Positions 51,316 through 64,000 of a stretch of 64,000 nucleotides of DNA are shown here, one piece after another; within the stretch, counting starts at the first letter, position 1; every line of letters begins with the position of its first letter. The DNA comes from Felis catus (lineage: Eukaryota). Location of the stretch: contig NC_058368.1 in assembly GCF_018350175.1 (NCBI RefSeq), positions 229,216,001 to 229,280,000 on the forward strand. Reading direction: 5' to 3'. The position numbers were made by a program, and so were the translations under genes. Below the pieces are notes generated by a model that did no database searches, was not told where the DNA came from, and worked only from the letters and a program-made list of their open reading frames with translations.

Positions 51316-52211
51316 GCCTTTTCTGTGCTGCGAGGCAAGAAAATCGTATAATTTCAAATCTCGTCTGGGTAACAGGCATAAATTTATATATGATAGATTT
51401 CTTAACTTGAGATAAATACAGAGAACTCAAAACATAACTTACTCGTGACTCTATGAACCACATTTGGTATATTTCAGATATATTTCCAGTAAATCATTTT
51501 GTGAATTAGCTTTATGCCGAAAACAAGTGGAGATGTGGTGTTTTCGGTAAAACCTAAGGTCTGAAACCTAAGATATGTATTGAATTCCTACAATGAATTT
51601 TGACGTGACTGTGCTGATAGAATTAAGCTGTTTTCATCCATAGTTTAGAATTTAATTTCTCTCATAACTAAAAGAACATATTTGAGGTGAGGTGTATAAT
51701 TAAGCATAAAAGCACTGTCTATGGTCGTAAAATAATTTCAAAAGGGCATAGAAAATAGAACCTTGAGAGAATTAGATATATGTTTGATTAGAAACAAAAC
51801 AAAACAACAAAAAACACATTTATTTACCTGCGGATCAATTTAATTAATAGTGTTGACTTACTTAGTAATTATTTCAAAAACATGATATTTTTATATTAGG
51901 AATGTTTAAAGGAGAAATTTGTCACCTACTTCTCCATGATCCTAGTGATATTTGTGTTCCATTTCATCCCAATGTACTTTTGCAGTTTCAGTCATATTCT
52001 AGGTACAACATAGATAACATTATCTGACCTAATTTCATAATACCATTAAATATTTCAATGTGTATAATATGTTTATGTGCCTATGCCAAAAGTTTACTAA
52101 AATATTTCATGTTCCAGGGCATTAGATTATGCCAATAATTTGCTAAGTCCAATAATATTGCAATGACTATTATTTTTCAATCTTAAGGTTAGATTGCCAA
52201 ATCGGGAGGAG

Positions 52212-52289
52212 ATCATTCATTGATTCATTCAACATATATTTATTAAACAATTAGTATGTGCCTGGGATTTCTCTAGGTATATGCAGCAA

Positions 52290-52343
<54 letters not shown>

Positions 52344-52520
52344 CACGCCTCTGTTCTAGTGAATTTTAAGGACAGAAGACAATTAGTAAAATAAATAAAT
52401 ATAATATGTCAGATACGGGAACAGACATTGATATAGGAAATTCTGTTATATTGGGTGGTTAAGGATGTTATTTCTCATTAGAACTTCATTAGTGACCTGC
52501 ATAGATTAAATGAACAATCC
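52212..52520 (-). mobile_element. L2 3' end containing (CA)n at 52295-52341
   Basis: TCATTCATTGATTCATTCAACATATATTTATTAAAC..TATGTGCCTGGG. Confidence 0.75.
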
Positions 52521-52719
52521 ACAGGGAAATGTCATCTAGCAAAGTAACTCCTTAGGGAAACAAAGAGAATACCTTTTACTCCTCTATGAGGCCTGAATTA
52601 CCTTGACCAAAATGAAATAAATATACTAAAAGAAAATAGAACTACAGACGAATATTTGTATGAACATGAATGGGAAAAATAATTTTTTAAGTTTTTTAAT
52701 AGCTGCATTAAATTAATTT

Positions 52720-52783
52720 AAAAAATTAATGTTTATTTTTGAGAAAGACAGAGTGAGACAGAGTGTGAGTGGGGGAGGGGCAC

Positions 52784-52844
<61 letters not shown>

Positions 52845-52972
52845 ATCCAAAGCAGGCTCCAGGCTCTGAGCTGTCAGCACAGAGCCCAAAGTGGGGCTCG
52901 AACTCACAAACCGTGAGATCATGAACTGAGCTGAAGTCAGATGCTCAACTGACAGAGCCACCCAGGTGCTCT
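52720..52972 (-). mobile_element. Felid Can-SINE inserted in the tail of an older SINE
   Basis: Full head and body with long (GA)n; AATTAATTT on both flanks. Confidence 0.95.
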
Positions 52973-52974
52973 TT

Positions 52975-53068
52975 AATTAATTTTTAAAGTAGGCTTCATG
53001 GGGACTGGAACTCATGACCCTAAGATCAAGAGTTGCATGCTGTCTTGATTGGCCTCACCAGGTGCCCC
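52975..53068 (-). mobile_element. Older short Can-SINE
   Basis: GAACTCATGACCCTAAGATCAAGAGTTGCATGCT..CCAGGTGCCCC; outer TSD AATGGGAAAAA at 52669 and 53069. Confidence 0.85.
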
Positions 53069-53588
53069 AATGGGAAAAAAATTCTTAACAAAATATTAAA
53101 CAATAAAATCCAGCAACATACATGAAATAAAAACCATCATGACCAATTAGAGATTATGCCAAGAGTTCAAAGTCATGCAGAAACCAAATGAAATAAAAGT
53201 CACACTATTTGTAGAGCAAGAAATAAACCCTTTTTTCCCCAAATATGTGAATATGTGCTTCTGTGAATACAACATCTTACAGAATTACAAAAAAATCTTC
53301 TAGAATAAATGAAGACTTTAAGAAGTCAGAATACAAGATCAATAAGCAAAAAATGTACTTCTATAAATAGAAGACAGTAAAAAATGGAAAAATACTATTT
53401 CCAATTATGTACAAATGTAAAATACTTTGAACAAGACTTGAATATTGAAAGTTTTAACACTTGACTTTTTACATAAAATTCAGTTTCTATCCCATACATA
53501 CAGCAATTCAGATTTCCTATTTCTTCTTGTGTCAGTTTTTAGAATTTGTCAATTTTATATAAATTTTCGAATGTGTGTTTTAGAGTTT

Positions 53589-54736
53589 GGAAGATTGCAG
53601 TGAAGTAGGAGGACCTTAGGCTCACCTTGACCCACAAATACAGCTAGATAACTATCAAATCATCCTAAACACCCCAGAAATTGATCTGAAGGCCAGCCGA
53701 ACAAACTCCACAACTAAAAGTAAAGAAGAGGCCACACTGAAGAGAAGGTAGGAAGTGCAAAAGTGCCATTTGGGAGAGAAATGGATTGTGGCTGCTGCAG
53801 TGGGGAAGGAGCTGAGGTGACAGAGAAAGACAAGAGACAGAGTAGCACATAGTGGAGCATATGGGGAAAATGAGTCTGCATCACAACTGACTTTGAAAAC
53901 CATTCAGGCTGAATTTCATGAGTTCTTCTAACCAGCAGGGGTTAAAGTTTGGAATTTTAAAGGTCAGAGGGCACTGTGTTGTTCTTGGAGAGAAGGCAAA
54001 CAACGTGCAGACATGCAGCATGAAAACAGTGGCCTGAAGAATGTCTGGGGCACACAGCAGGGATCTTACTGGCTCATTTTGGAGTGCATTCCAGAGGGGC
54101 AGCATTCACCATGAGACCCTTCTGGAAACAAAGGAACTGGCTGGGGCCATTTCCTTCTCCAACCCTTCAGCATAAGCACAGGGCAACCTGTGGGAACAAG
54201 CACAATGCCAACACTAATGCCTAACTTCCTCACATGCCCCATGCCCCATGCCCCATGCCCCTATGCTCAGGTGGAACCAATACCCCTAGTCACACTTGCC
54301 TCGGTCCCAGCAAGTCCTTCTCCTACCCCAAGAAGACCAGCCCAGACTCCTACTTACACCATGTCTCCTGATATGGGAGTTTTGCAAAGGCTTGGTTCTG
54401 GTGGTGGTGGTGACAGGTCACATTTCACAAACATACCAGAGCACATTTAGTTAAAACATGCCACATTCAGGCCAGGGACCAAAATTTGCTCACAACAGGC
54501 AGAGAACCTCTTCATACAACTGGCCTGAAGGACAAAGCAGCCAGGGCAAAACAGCAGAGCACATGCAGCACACATTAGAGACACTCCTGAAAGCACCATG
54601 TCCTGGGGAACCAGAAACACTACACACGAGGGCACTACAGGACCACTTCTTTATAAGGCCATTACCCTCAATAACAGGATATGTAGCTGACTTTCCTAAA
54701 ACAGAGAAACAGGCACAGAGACTTAGACCAAATGAG
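53589..54736 (+). mobile_element. Carnivore L1 5'UTR, ending near the presumed ORF1 start
   Basis: GGAAGATTGCAGTGAAGTAGGAGGACCTTAGGCTCACC..CTAGATAACTATCAAATCATCCTAAACACCCCAGAAA; ends ACAGAGAAACAGGCACAGAGACTTAGACCAAATGAG. Confidence 0.8.
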
Positions 54737-54999
54737 CTATAAAAGGCTGCCACCAGTGTTTTTTTTTTTCATCCCTGACTTTTAAAATGATAGTATGTTA
54801 TTGAATTTTTCTTATCTTAACATCAAATTCAGGATAATTGTGAGATAGAAACTTGGCATCTAGAAAAAACCCAAGGTGATAAAACAAATACAAATTATGA
54901 GAAATAGAAAGGGGAAAGTAGAGAAACAACACGCTAAGATTTTCATGGTTAACGTGATGACAAATTATTTCTAAATTTGTTAAATCAAAGAATACAGGC

Positions 55000-55400
55000 T
55001 TTATTCATTCAACTGAAAATACATGGCCAATTACTTTGTACATTTTACTATTAAGAAAAGGAATATAGCAGTGAGCAAAAGGCAATATCCATGATGCCAT
55101 GTAGTTTATATTCTAGAAAGAGAGACAGACATTAACCAAAAAATTCACAATAAAGATAATCTCCAAGAAGGGGTCTCAAGTGAATTGAGTAGACTGAGTT
55201 GAGTTGAGTGTGGTTTGTGTAGGATGATCAGGGAAAGTCTTACTGAAGAAGTAATATTTGAGCAGAGACCAGAATAAAAAATGCAACAGAGCCATGTACA
55301 TATTTTGGCAATAAAAGTTTCTAAAGGAAAACAAAAAATGCAAAGGTGAGGGAAGCTGTCACATCTCAGGCAGGGTGAATAAGGAAAACAGCACAGAGGT
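55000..55400 (-). mobile_element. L2 relic
   Basis: TTCATTCAAC..CTAGAAAGAGAGACAGACA..TCAGGGAAAGTCTTACTGAAGAAGTAATATTTGAGCAGAGACC. Confidence 0.7.
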
Positions 55401-55449
55401 GAGTCTGCAGGAATCACCAAAGATCAGAGAACAGAGGATCTCCTTGGTT

Positions 55450-55946
55450 TGAAGACATACCATGAGAGTTGAGAGATGGAGTGGACAATGGCCAGGCTGT
55501 ATATGAGGCTAGAACTCTGACCCATGCCTACAGCGACTTGCCCAGGAGCTGGACTGCTATCTCTAATGACAGTCCAGGAAGCCAAAATATGTCCTCTGTA
55601 ACAATTGGCCAAAATGGGCAGGACATGGTTAATAACTGACAGTTTCCCCATTTTTTGTTCCCCATTTCAAATTTAGGATTAACCAGAGAAAGCCTAATGT
55701 GCCCCCCTAAACAAACACATAGGATATCCTGCTCCCACTTAGCCAGCCTCTGTCTCCTCCATGCCCGCAGCCCCAAATAGGGCACAAAGAAGCCTCCCCT
55801 GGTTTCCACTAGAAAGTTTTCCCAACTCTTCTGCCTGCCTTTGAGTTTCTGCCAAAACAAGAGTGACAATGGGTAACTCTCTTGCTGTAGCAAGTTCAGA
55901 ATAGCCTTTACTTTCCTCATTTGGTTGACCTTCATTTATTTCCTCA
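55450..55946 (+). mobile_element. ERV solo LTR (ERVL-type, MER54/MER74-like; name uncertain)
   Basis: GAACTCTGACCC..CCAGGAAGCCAAA..AACCAGAGAAAGCC..CTGCCTGCCTTTGAGT..CTTGCTGTAGCAAG..TTCATTTATTTCCTCA. Confidence 0.7.
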
Positions 55947-58734
55947 AGGCATAAAGGTAAACAATACAATGACTAAAAACAGATGCGATGGCTTTTTTTT
56001 TTTTATTCTACCAGAACTGAAACATGCACACACAAGGTAAGCAAATAAAACATGGCTCATATAAACAAAAGGCAGAATAAAATGAAGCATTGAAGACGTA
56101 AAACGTAACATTAAACAAAAAATGACCTTAAGAACACATCCTGTGGTAATTTCCAATACCTGCAATCATAAGTCTGCCTAGAAATTTCCAAGGATTTATC
56201 ACTATTGACTTGGGCTTGCAGCAGCTCATCCTCTAGGTATTGGAAAGTTTACATCATCCTCTGACTTTACCCTTTTAAAGAGTGCCCTTTGACCAAAGTG
56301 CGATTTAGAGTTTTGTTTGCTTTCCCCAAGTGAAATACCTGATGGTACCTGCTGAGCCTTGAAATATTTTTCTCATTTATGTAGCTAAAAATATCCAACA
56401 AGGAAGGAAGCCATGAATAAACTCCTTATGTCAAATAATTGTTTTAAATAGCATCTTCTCTTTCCTCTCTCTCAAAAACAAAACAAGAAATATTTAAACA
56501 CAAAAATATTATTTAAAGTTCTTAAAGTAGTTGGCACCCATTCTCTGTCCCAAATCTTAAGAAGTTAGCAGCACGATGATTTTTTAAGTGAATTACTTTT
56601 TCCTCTCTCCAAGCTTAGTATTTTAGGAAGTATAGCATAGGTCACTTCAAACCCGTATGGAAAGGCATGTCATATTATCTGTGAATATCCTTTCTAACAA
56701 CAAAGCAAAGCCCACCATATACCCAAGACTGAGAAGTGTTTTAATGCTCACATAATTAAGCTTTTGCTTGGCAGTGAAAATTTTTTTGATATTTGACATT
56801 TCTACAAGTTTCCAAATCTTTCATGATAAGCAAAACTGTTAATGATTTGTACTAGATGACATGATTTGACACAAATGATGCTTCAACATGCCATTGATAC
56901 TTACTTAAAAAAATCTATCACTCCAATGTTTAATTTTATCAATACTACCAATCATTTATAAACCCACATGTTTATAGGGGAAAATAAAAACCACATAACA
57001 GCAACAAAAACAAAATAACCATGCAATATACTTGAAGAAAGAACTTTCTATTGACACAAAACCAAGGATCTTCCAGCCAGTACTCATGAAAATCAGGTAT
57101 TCTGTCCACTATGTTTTTCACCTGGAAATGCAGAACATACATATTCACTGTTTGAGGCTTCCTACATCCATCAACAACAATAAGTTTCCACATTTTGACA
57201 TTTTGTTCTATCATGTTTGGTGTTAAAGAAAGTTTTTTGTTGTTGTTGTTGTTGTTTGTTTTATTTTTATTTTTTTGGTTTTGTTTTTGTTTTTGTTTTT
57301 TTGCATTTAACAATTTAGGCTAGTCCTTGTGAAAAACAGATAGATGTTGCTACATAACTATGGGAAAGTTGTGGGTTTTTTTTTTCCCAATTAATGGAAT
57401 CCATTCTACTGATAATGTGAACATGTACTGAAGTAACTCATCTTGTTCCTTCCTCCAACCTTTACTTCTCACCTGATTGAAAATTTGGGGAAAACCTGAC
57501 ATCATTGGGTCTTCCTCGGCAGCTGAAACTATCAAATTGTGAAGACTGTTCTGACTTGTCCCATGTTTATTTATTGGTTTTTCATCCACTCAAACGTATC
57601 ACACTTACACACCGCATATCTCCCCTGTGCTCCACAAAATATGATCAGGCTACAAATATATAAGCCACCGATTGTAGAAATGCTATGGTTTCTTCTCGAC
57701 AGGCCCTAAGTCTGGTTGAGGCAGAGAAAGTAGGAAAGGATGAGCTGTCTGTGAGATTCAGAACTGAGATGTATCCTCCAACAGGATTCACCAGGGATTA
57801 CCCTATCTCATCACTGAAGCAGACCACAGACTATGTCCTCTCCAAAATGGCTTAAGTTCTTAAAGGAAGAAGGGGTGCAGATTTAATTTTCAGGACTTCC
57901 ACCATTTCTTACTAGAAAATGAGTAACCATATAGTTTTGGAAGTGTTATTTGGCTCATAGTTTAGTCTTATACCAAACACAACCATCATATGAAATGAGG
58001 GAAAATTACTCCATGAAAGTTTCTGTGAAAAGAACCTTGTAGAAACTCCCAGTACAATAAGGGTTTAAGTAGACAAGGGATGACATGGAACAAGGCATTT
58101 GCTCATTGCTGAGATTATTTCTTCATGGCTTTCTGGATCTTACGGCCAATGTAAATTCTATTCGGCTGGGATTCTTTTATGGAACTAAGTTTTATAGAAT
58201 TAAGTTATGTATAACCTATCACTAAAGTCACAAAAATGAATACAAACATGAGGAGAGTATAAACTTTTTTCTTACAATGCATGTATAATAATCAAATAAT
58301 ACTGTTGGAGATCAAAAAATAAACCTACATATTTTGTTGTGTTGTGTAGAGTGCCAAAACACTGTTTAAAACTTAATTAGTGGTATCTTATAGATTAAAT
58401 AGTAAAAATCTGATATCAAGTACATTGGTAGACTCACAAATGCAAACAGAGCTAGATGCTCAGTACTTTGATGGTAGTTCAAAGTCAGTCTTCCTATAGA
58501 GGCAAGGAGGATGTTAAGGTTTTTTATCTCTAGGTCTTGATCACCTGGATAGTTCTTTTCTTGTGTGGACTAAAATTGAGCCTCCTGGGTTTATAAAATT
58601 ATATTGTTTGACATTATCAACTAATATGTATAATTTAAAACAACATATAGCATATCTTCTTACCTTCAAACTCTGGAGTCAGAAGATATATTAATAAAAA
58701 GGAATGAGAGGGGAAGTTAACCTTAGTTAACAAA

Positions 58735-59200
58735 TATTAACTGTGTATATATTGTGATCAAAGGACTAACTTTTAGAAATGCAGCCCTGAAATAGGGAGA
58801 CAGCAACATAACCCTCCCACAATTGATCTTCCAATGGACAGATGAATACAATAAACCCAAACCAGAGAAGACCACCTAGTGTCTGGCATTCTTATGGAGG
58901 GGGGAAACAACATGACAGAGAGAGAAAGTGCTTCGAAACACTGGGGTCAGGAAAAGACAACTTTCAGGTTGAGGCCTAAATAAAAGAAAGGGGCAAGTCC
59001 TATGAAGATGTGAGGATAACACCCACCAGGAAGAGCAAACTGCCAGCAACTGAGCCCAAGATAACAAGACCCTTGGGTTAGAAGTCAAGAGATGAAGCAA
59101 CTAAGAGACCTAATTGCAGAAATATAGTCAACCTTGCATCATGGGGTCTTTTAGGCTATGGTAATGAGGCTCAGTTTTCTTCTGCAAGAAGAAAAAAAAA
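58735..59200 (-). mobile_element. L2 relic
   Basis: GGGGTCAGGAAAAGAC..GTTGAGGCCTAAA..CCAGGAAGAGCAAACTGC..TAGGCTATGGTAATGAG. Confidence 0.6.
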
Positions 59201-60240
59201 CATTTTTGGCTCTCTGAAGAATTGATATTATATTTTAATACCAGGAGCTTTTTTTGTGCACAGAATGACCATTATTTGTGTCTTTGGTGTCAAATTCATG
59301 TTAATTTATTGTAATAACAAGTTTTAAAATCTATTTGCACTTGGCATACAAGTTACTTTATTCTATTTATAATTCTAGGACATTTTCTCAGGAAATTTGA
59401 TTAATGTTCTATATACTCTGATGGAACTTTCTCAATTCCCACTCACATTTAAGACTTAATGTAATTTCATTAATCATTTTTAAAAGAATTTTTAAACATA
59501 AGATATTAAACAGCCATTTAAAGCTCTTTGGAACCTACTGGTCAAGCTTTAAGGTTTATCAGCAAAATATTCTAAAATATATTAAGTAGGACTTTCAAAT
59601 TCAGTAAATTAAAATTATTAATATAAGCCCAACTCACTTGAACAGGTTTTAATTGTTACAAATAGAACATTTTTTTCTCATGTGGCTCAGTACAAAATCA
59701 CAAATGTAAAATAAATCAGCCAATTTTAATTTAAATTACAATTCTCAAAGCCTGAATATGTCACATTTTAAGTACTAAAAATACACAAATCCTTCTAGCA
59801 ATTATAAAACATACTCTAGCCCTCTTCACATAAGGTATTTGAAAAAGGAGAGGATGGTATACAAATAATTAACATGCGGTAACTGCCAGAATCCATCCAT
59901 ACACAGATGTGAAAAAGGCCAGATTGGATAACACCCATCTCATTTTCCTTTGAACACTTTCCAGAAACATAGCTATTTTATTTTCTTATTTTTATGGTTT
60001 TAATCAAACCAAAACATTCTCAGCTATTAGCAGTGCTGTATCTGCAAATTTTCTCATTGGGTATTATTATTGAATAGGAAAAATCTAAAGGACACTCCCA
60101 GAAGTCTCCCGAACTACATGCATTAAATAGCAGTAATCCAAACTCCCCTTAGTAATTGGAACCAACTGCCATGGCAAATATAATGATACCTTTCATTGCT
60201 ATCTTATGGATGCAGTGAACAAAAAAATAAACAGAGTTAA

Positions 60241-60497
60241 GGGGTACCTCAGTGGCTCAGTTAGTTAAGCGTATGACTCTTGATTTTGGCTCAGGTCATG
60301 ATCTCACGGTTCATAGGATTGAGCCCTGCACTGGGCTCCACGTCTGCTTAGGATTCTCTCTCTCCCTATCTCTCTGCCCTTCCCTCCCTCAAACTCCCTC
60401 CCATTCTCTCTTTCTCTCTCCCTCCCTCTCTCTGCTCCTCCCCTGCTTGTGCATGTGTTCTCTCTCTCTCTCTCAAAATAAATAGACATTTAAAAAT
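60241..60497 (+). mobile_element. Can-SINE
   Basis: GGGGTACCTCAGTGGCTCAGTTAG head; AAATAAACAGA on both flanks. Confidence 0.93.
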
Positions 60498-60559
60498 AAA
60501 TAAACAGAAGTGATTAAAGTAATAGCTCAATAAAGCAATGACTATGTCCATACACCCTT

Positions 60560-60832
60560 GGACTCTAGAACTTGTAACCTAGCATATATTAACATTGACC
60601 TTTGCTTTTGAAATCTTGGCCATCCACCAAAGCTGGTAGCCAAATTAGTCCTGACAACAAATGGCCACAATGAAACCACCATTTGGATGCAACTACATAC
60701 GTGACATCAAGTGAGACTAAAAGAAGAATCACCAGGAAATGCACAGAATAATGAAAAACATTAAATTATTTTTATTTAAGCTTATAAACTTGTGGCTGGT
60801 TTGTTATTCAGAAATATATTAACTGAAAAACA
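60560..60832 (+). mobile_element. MaLR (MLT1) LTR 3' part
   Basis: TTTAAGCTTATAAACTTGTGGCTGGTTTGTTATTCAGAAATATATTAACTGAAA resembles an MLT1 3' end. Confidence 0.6.
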
Positions 60833-61060
60833 ACCCCTTCCAGGGGGACCTTAAGTCCAATAGCTGGTTGATATTGGGATAACAAACCTGGCTCCTTTTC
60901 CTCAATTCAGAGCCTCTGAAAGATCATCCTAGCTTCAGAACTCCCCATAAGATCTGCTGAAATCTCTGTAACAAAGCACTGCAGTTCATTTTCTCCCTAT
61001 GTGTATCCTGCTTCTTCAGTCCTTTATACATATTGCTTCTGGGAGACTCTCCATTTCTTC
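60833..61060 (+). mobile_element. ERVL LTR relic (LTR16-like)
   Basis: CTCTGAAAGATCATCCTAGCTTCAGAACTCCCCATAAGATCTGCTGA..TGCAGTTCA. Confidence 0.5.
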
Positions 61061-64000
61061 TCAATCAGTGCCCTGCTGAGTACTTATTTGGCTCGCAAGT
61101 CTGCAACTCTTACAATTAATGCTTGTCATCAACCTTCAGCCATGTATGCCCCAAGGTTATATCTACCACAAAGGTAGCCTGATAGAGGTCAACCTGTGTC
61201 TTGAGGTAAGAATTCAGAGCTTTCTCGTTTCCACTCTTCATATATACCCTCTAGTGCAGTCAACAACAATAATCAACACTTTTACCATAGCCATCAAGCA
61301 ACAGTTAACATTTGTTTCCCAATGCCTTAGTCTTCACTTGCACTCCATCCCTGGTGTCATCCGTGATAATGGGTGTCACTGTGACACATCACTCTGTGCC
61401 ACATTTTATTACTTCCCAGTATCTTTTAGCATGGAGGGTTTCTGAGGATTCATGAAATGAGTTTGTATCTCATCATCTAATTTTCTGAGTTTTTCCCTTG
61501 GGGCCACTCTACCACCAGCCGCTACATTAATTTTAGGGTATGTGTGTGTATATATATATATATATTCAAAAATATATGAATATATTAATAACAACATCTA
61601 AAACAACATCTAAAAAGATAATTCAAATAATTCATAAAGGGACAGCTTACAAAGTATGGATAAGATTAAGGAAATTAAGAAGGAATGGTACAGCTTTAAG
61701 AAAGTAGCAAAAATAGAGAGCCACCTGGGTCTGTAGGTGCTTAGAGAGAGAGCAGTGCTATTAGAAACCACTTATCACTGTAATTTTGTGGCCTCACAGC
61801 AGCGGAGGCCATTTGTGGAGAAATGCAGGCACTTCCAAACCACGAACCAGCAAGGGGAAAGTAGGAAGTCGTATATCCCAATGATTGTCCTTCCTGCCCT
61901 CCTGTCTCCTGTTGTTGGTCCTTTGTCACTACCACACTGCACACCAGAGTTGCAGAGGGACCTGACACAGGTCACACAACCTGCAGAAGTCAGTCTCCCA
62001 GGACAGACAGGAGAGAAGAGAAGGACATAGAAGGTGGAGAAGGAATTTGGAGAAACAGAAGATAAATCAAACCCGGCCAACATTTCCATGTTAATGTTTT
62101 TATCAACCACTTTTCCCTCAATCCCAGTCATCTTTGTTTTCATTTGTTATTGTTGGACTTCAGTTTGATGACCTTCTACTCTTCCTATGCTCCTGCTTCA
62201 ATCCTTCCTTTCTAGTTTTGTCTTTTCATCTTTCTTTCTTCTCTCTCTTGTCCTATGTTCTTTCAAAGCATACTAAATAAAATTATACCAATTTATTTTG
62301 ATATTTACATCTAATGTCATTATGTATTGTTATATAATTGATTATATATATTTTCTAGATAATTAATTAAATATATACATATCTCCCTGATTATTGATTC
62401 CTTAAATTAAGAATCCAATCTCTTTGTTAATTCAAGTTCAGCACAACGCTGGCTCTCCACTAGGTAATTTCCAAATACTTGTTGGCTTGGCTTAGATTTT
62501 TATTTGGTATTGGGTCATATGAGTCAGATTTTCATAAAATTTTTTATTGCTTCTTTATGACCATGTAGTTAGAAAATATGACAATTCTAGTCTTAGACTG
62601 AGTTGGTATTCTACAAATCATCACTTAAGAATTTAAAGAAATAAAGCGTATTTATGGCATATTCAAAGAACAGATAGAAAATCTTCTTTATATCATAATT
62701 TTAGAACAATGTAAATCTGACAGGTTTCTTAAAGTTCATAGAAGAGATACAAATTTCTTGGTAAGAAAAAAGTGTGATCATCAAATATACTTAAGTTTTT
62801 TCTTTTCTGAAAGATGATTTTCATTTTACTAGCTTGTGTTTTATCAAGTATATGATAAGCTTTTTCGGAACAAAATATATCAAAATAAATAGAAAAGTAG
62901 ATCTTAAAAGTAGATATTTTCCCTTCAAAGACAACCATCACAGTGAAAACATCTACTTTTAACAAAATGTAGCTCTATAAATTAGAAATGCAAATGTGAA
63001 GCATCTGTGGATACATGAATTTGAAAGAAATAATATTTTGATCATGCAAAAAATAACTAGAAAATATTTCATTTCCACAGTCATCAGTGTATAGTATTAT
63101 TTAAACCTTTGATAAAATTACTATGATCATTAAAATTATTTTAAATAATTCTTGGAAAAAATACTCTCTATATACAAAAGGAAGATGTTATTATAATTAT
63201 CATTATTGTTGCTTCCAAACAAGCTTGCCGTGATTACTTTGCACTTCTCTTTTGTCTCAGCAAGTAGAAGAAAATTTGATGGGTTTGTTCTTTCCATACG
63301 GAATGGACTGGACTAAAAAATATTTGGAAACTCGTATTTCTAGCCCTAAATTACTTTGTTTTGCAGAGACTACTGAAATTCTAGAGTCAAATCTCTCAAC
63401 AGGCACAGAATTTCAGTCTTCTGGAGGAATAAGTTCTTACATGTGCTAACAATAATAACAAAATCTTGAAAAGTCTCACCTTTCTTTAGAGTTGCTCTGA
63501 GGTATTTCATTATCAAAAAAAAAAGGGTATAGCACAGTCATGGACAGCAGCTTAACTATGAGATTTGTGATAGCATGGTTAGGATAAGGTTGAGGAATAC
63601 AGAAACATGAGAAATACACACACGCGCATGCACACGCACAGATACACAAACATACACATGTATGTGGAAAGGATATATAAGAAAAATAAATGAAGAGGTA
63701 GAAAACCTTTTAAACTCCTTAGACTGAAAATGAGGATTTAAATTTAATGCAATTAGGTGGCAAATAATTGTGTCTTAAGACTCCATTGTGTCTTAAAAGC
63801 AACCTAAGAAACTCTCTTATCACAGGAATCTTCTCTTCTTAAGGGAAAAACTTCATAACCCAAGGAAGTGAAATATAAATACCATATTTGTAACAGATCA
63901 AGCCAGTGTAGAAAGAGGTATAACAACCAGAAAATAACGGAGGCAGGAAGTTGAGGCCACTAAGGCAATGAAAATATCAGTTTCAAGGGAACTGTCAAAT

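Larger units (their letters stand above)
52570..53455 (+). mobile_element. Old L1 ORF2 fragment hosting nested SINEs
   Basis: AACTACAGACGAATAT..ATGAACAT / AAAATTCTTAACAAAATATT..AATCCAGCAACAT corresponds to the NYRPISLMN-KILNKIL-IQQH motif. Confidence 0.8.

Noticed and set aside
56972..57589. Minus-strand ORFs with splice-like sites (VKNIVDRIPDFHEYW.., ..SGFPQIFNQ|GTGAGA)
   Set aside because: No recognised protein and no consistent acceptor-donor pair
3058..60551. Recurrent ORFs with motifs like WVAQSV..AQVMIS..SVLTAQSLEPA and RETEHERGRGRERG
   Set aside because: All are Can-SINE translations, not a gene family
63240..63449. Acceptor-like site plus a 65-aa ORF
   Set aside because: Unrecognised peptide, no supporting donor or codon bias
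1..64000. tRNA genes, CRISPR arrays, operons or other prokaryotic systems
   Set aside because: Mammalian DNA; tRNA-like boxes belong to SINE heads and there are no regularly spaced repeat-spacer arrays

Overview
AT-rich mammalian genomic DNA, almost certainly felid (cat-like), judged from about 27 tRNA-derived Can-SINEs of the felid type. It looks intergenic or deep intronic: I recognise no intact protein-coding gene, RNA gene or CpG island. Most ORF-track entries are SINE, microsatellite, L1 or chance ORFs. Content: Can-SINEs of several ages, many with target-site duplications (TSDs); L1 fragments (ORF2, 3' ends, two isolated 5'UTRs); L2 and MIR relics; MaLR/ERVL-type LTRs; a decayed hAT-Charlie transposase fragment; microsatellites. 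The best non-obvious feature is a 5'-truncated processed pseudogene at ~25756-26280 that the ORF track misses (codon-biased C-terminal frame, 3'UTR, ATTAAA, A-tail); I could not name its parent gene. Also notable: two SINE insertions at one nick site, an L1>SINE>SINE nest, a composite insert inside an L1, and two weak exon/regulatory candidates. I found no evidence of a new biological system. Repeat subfamily names are from memory of consensus sequences and need RepeatMasker/Dfam confirmation; boundaries of old repeats are approximate.
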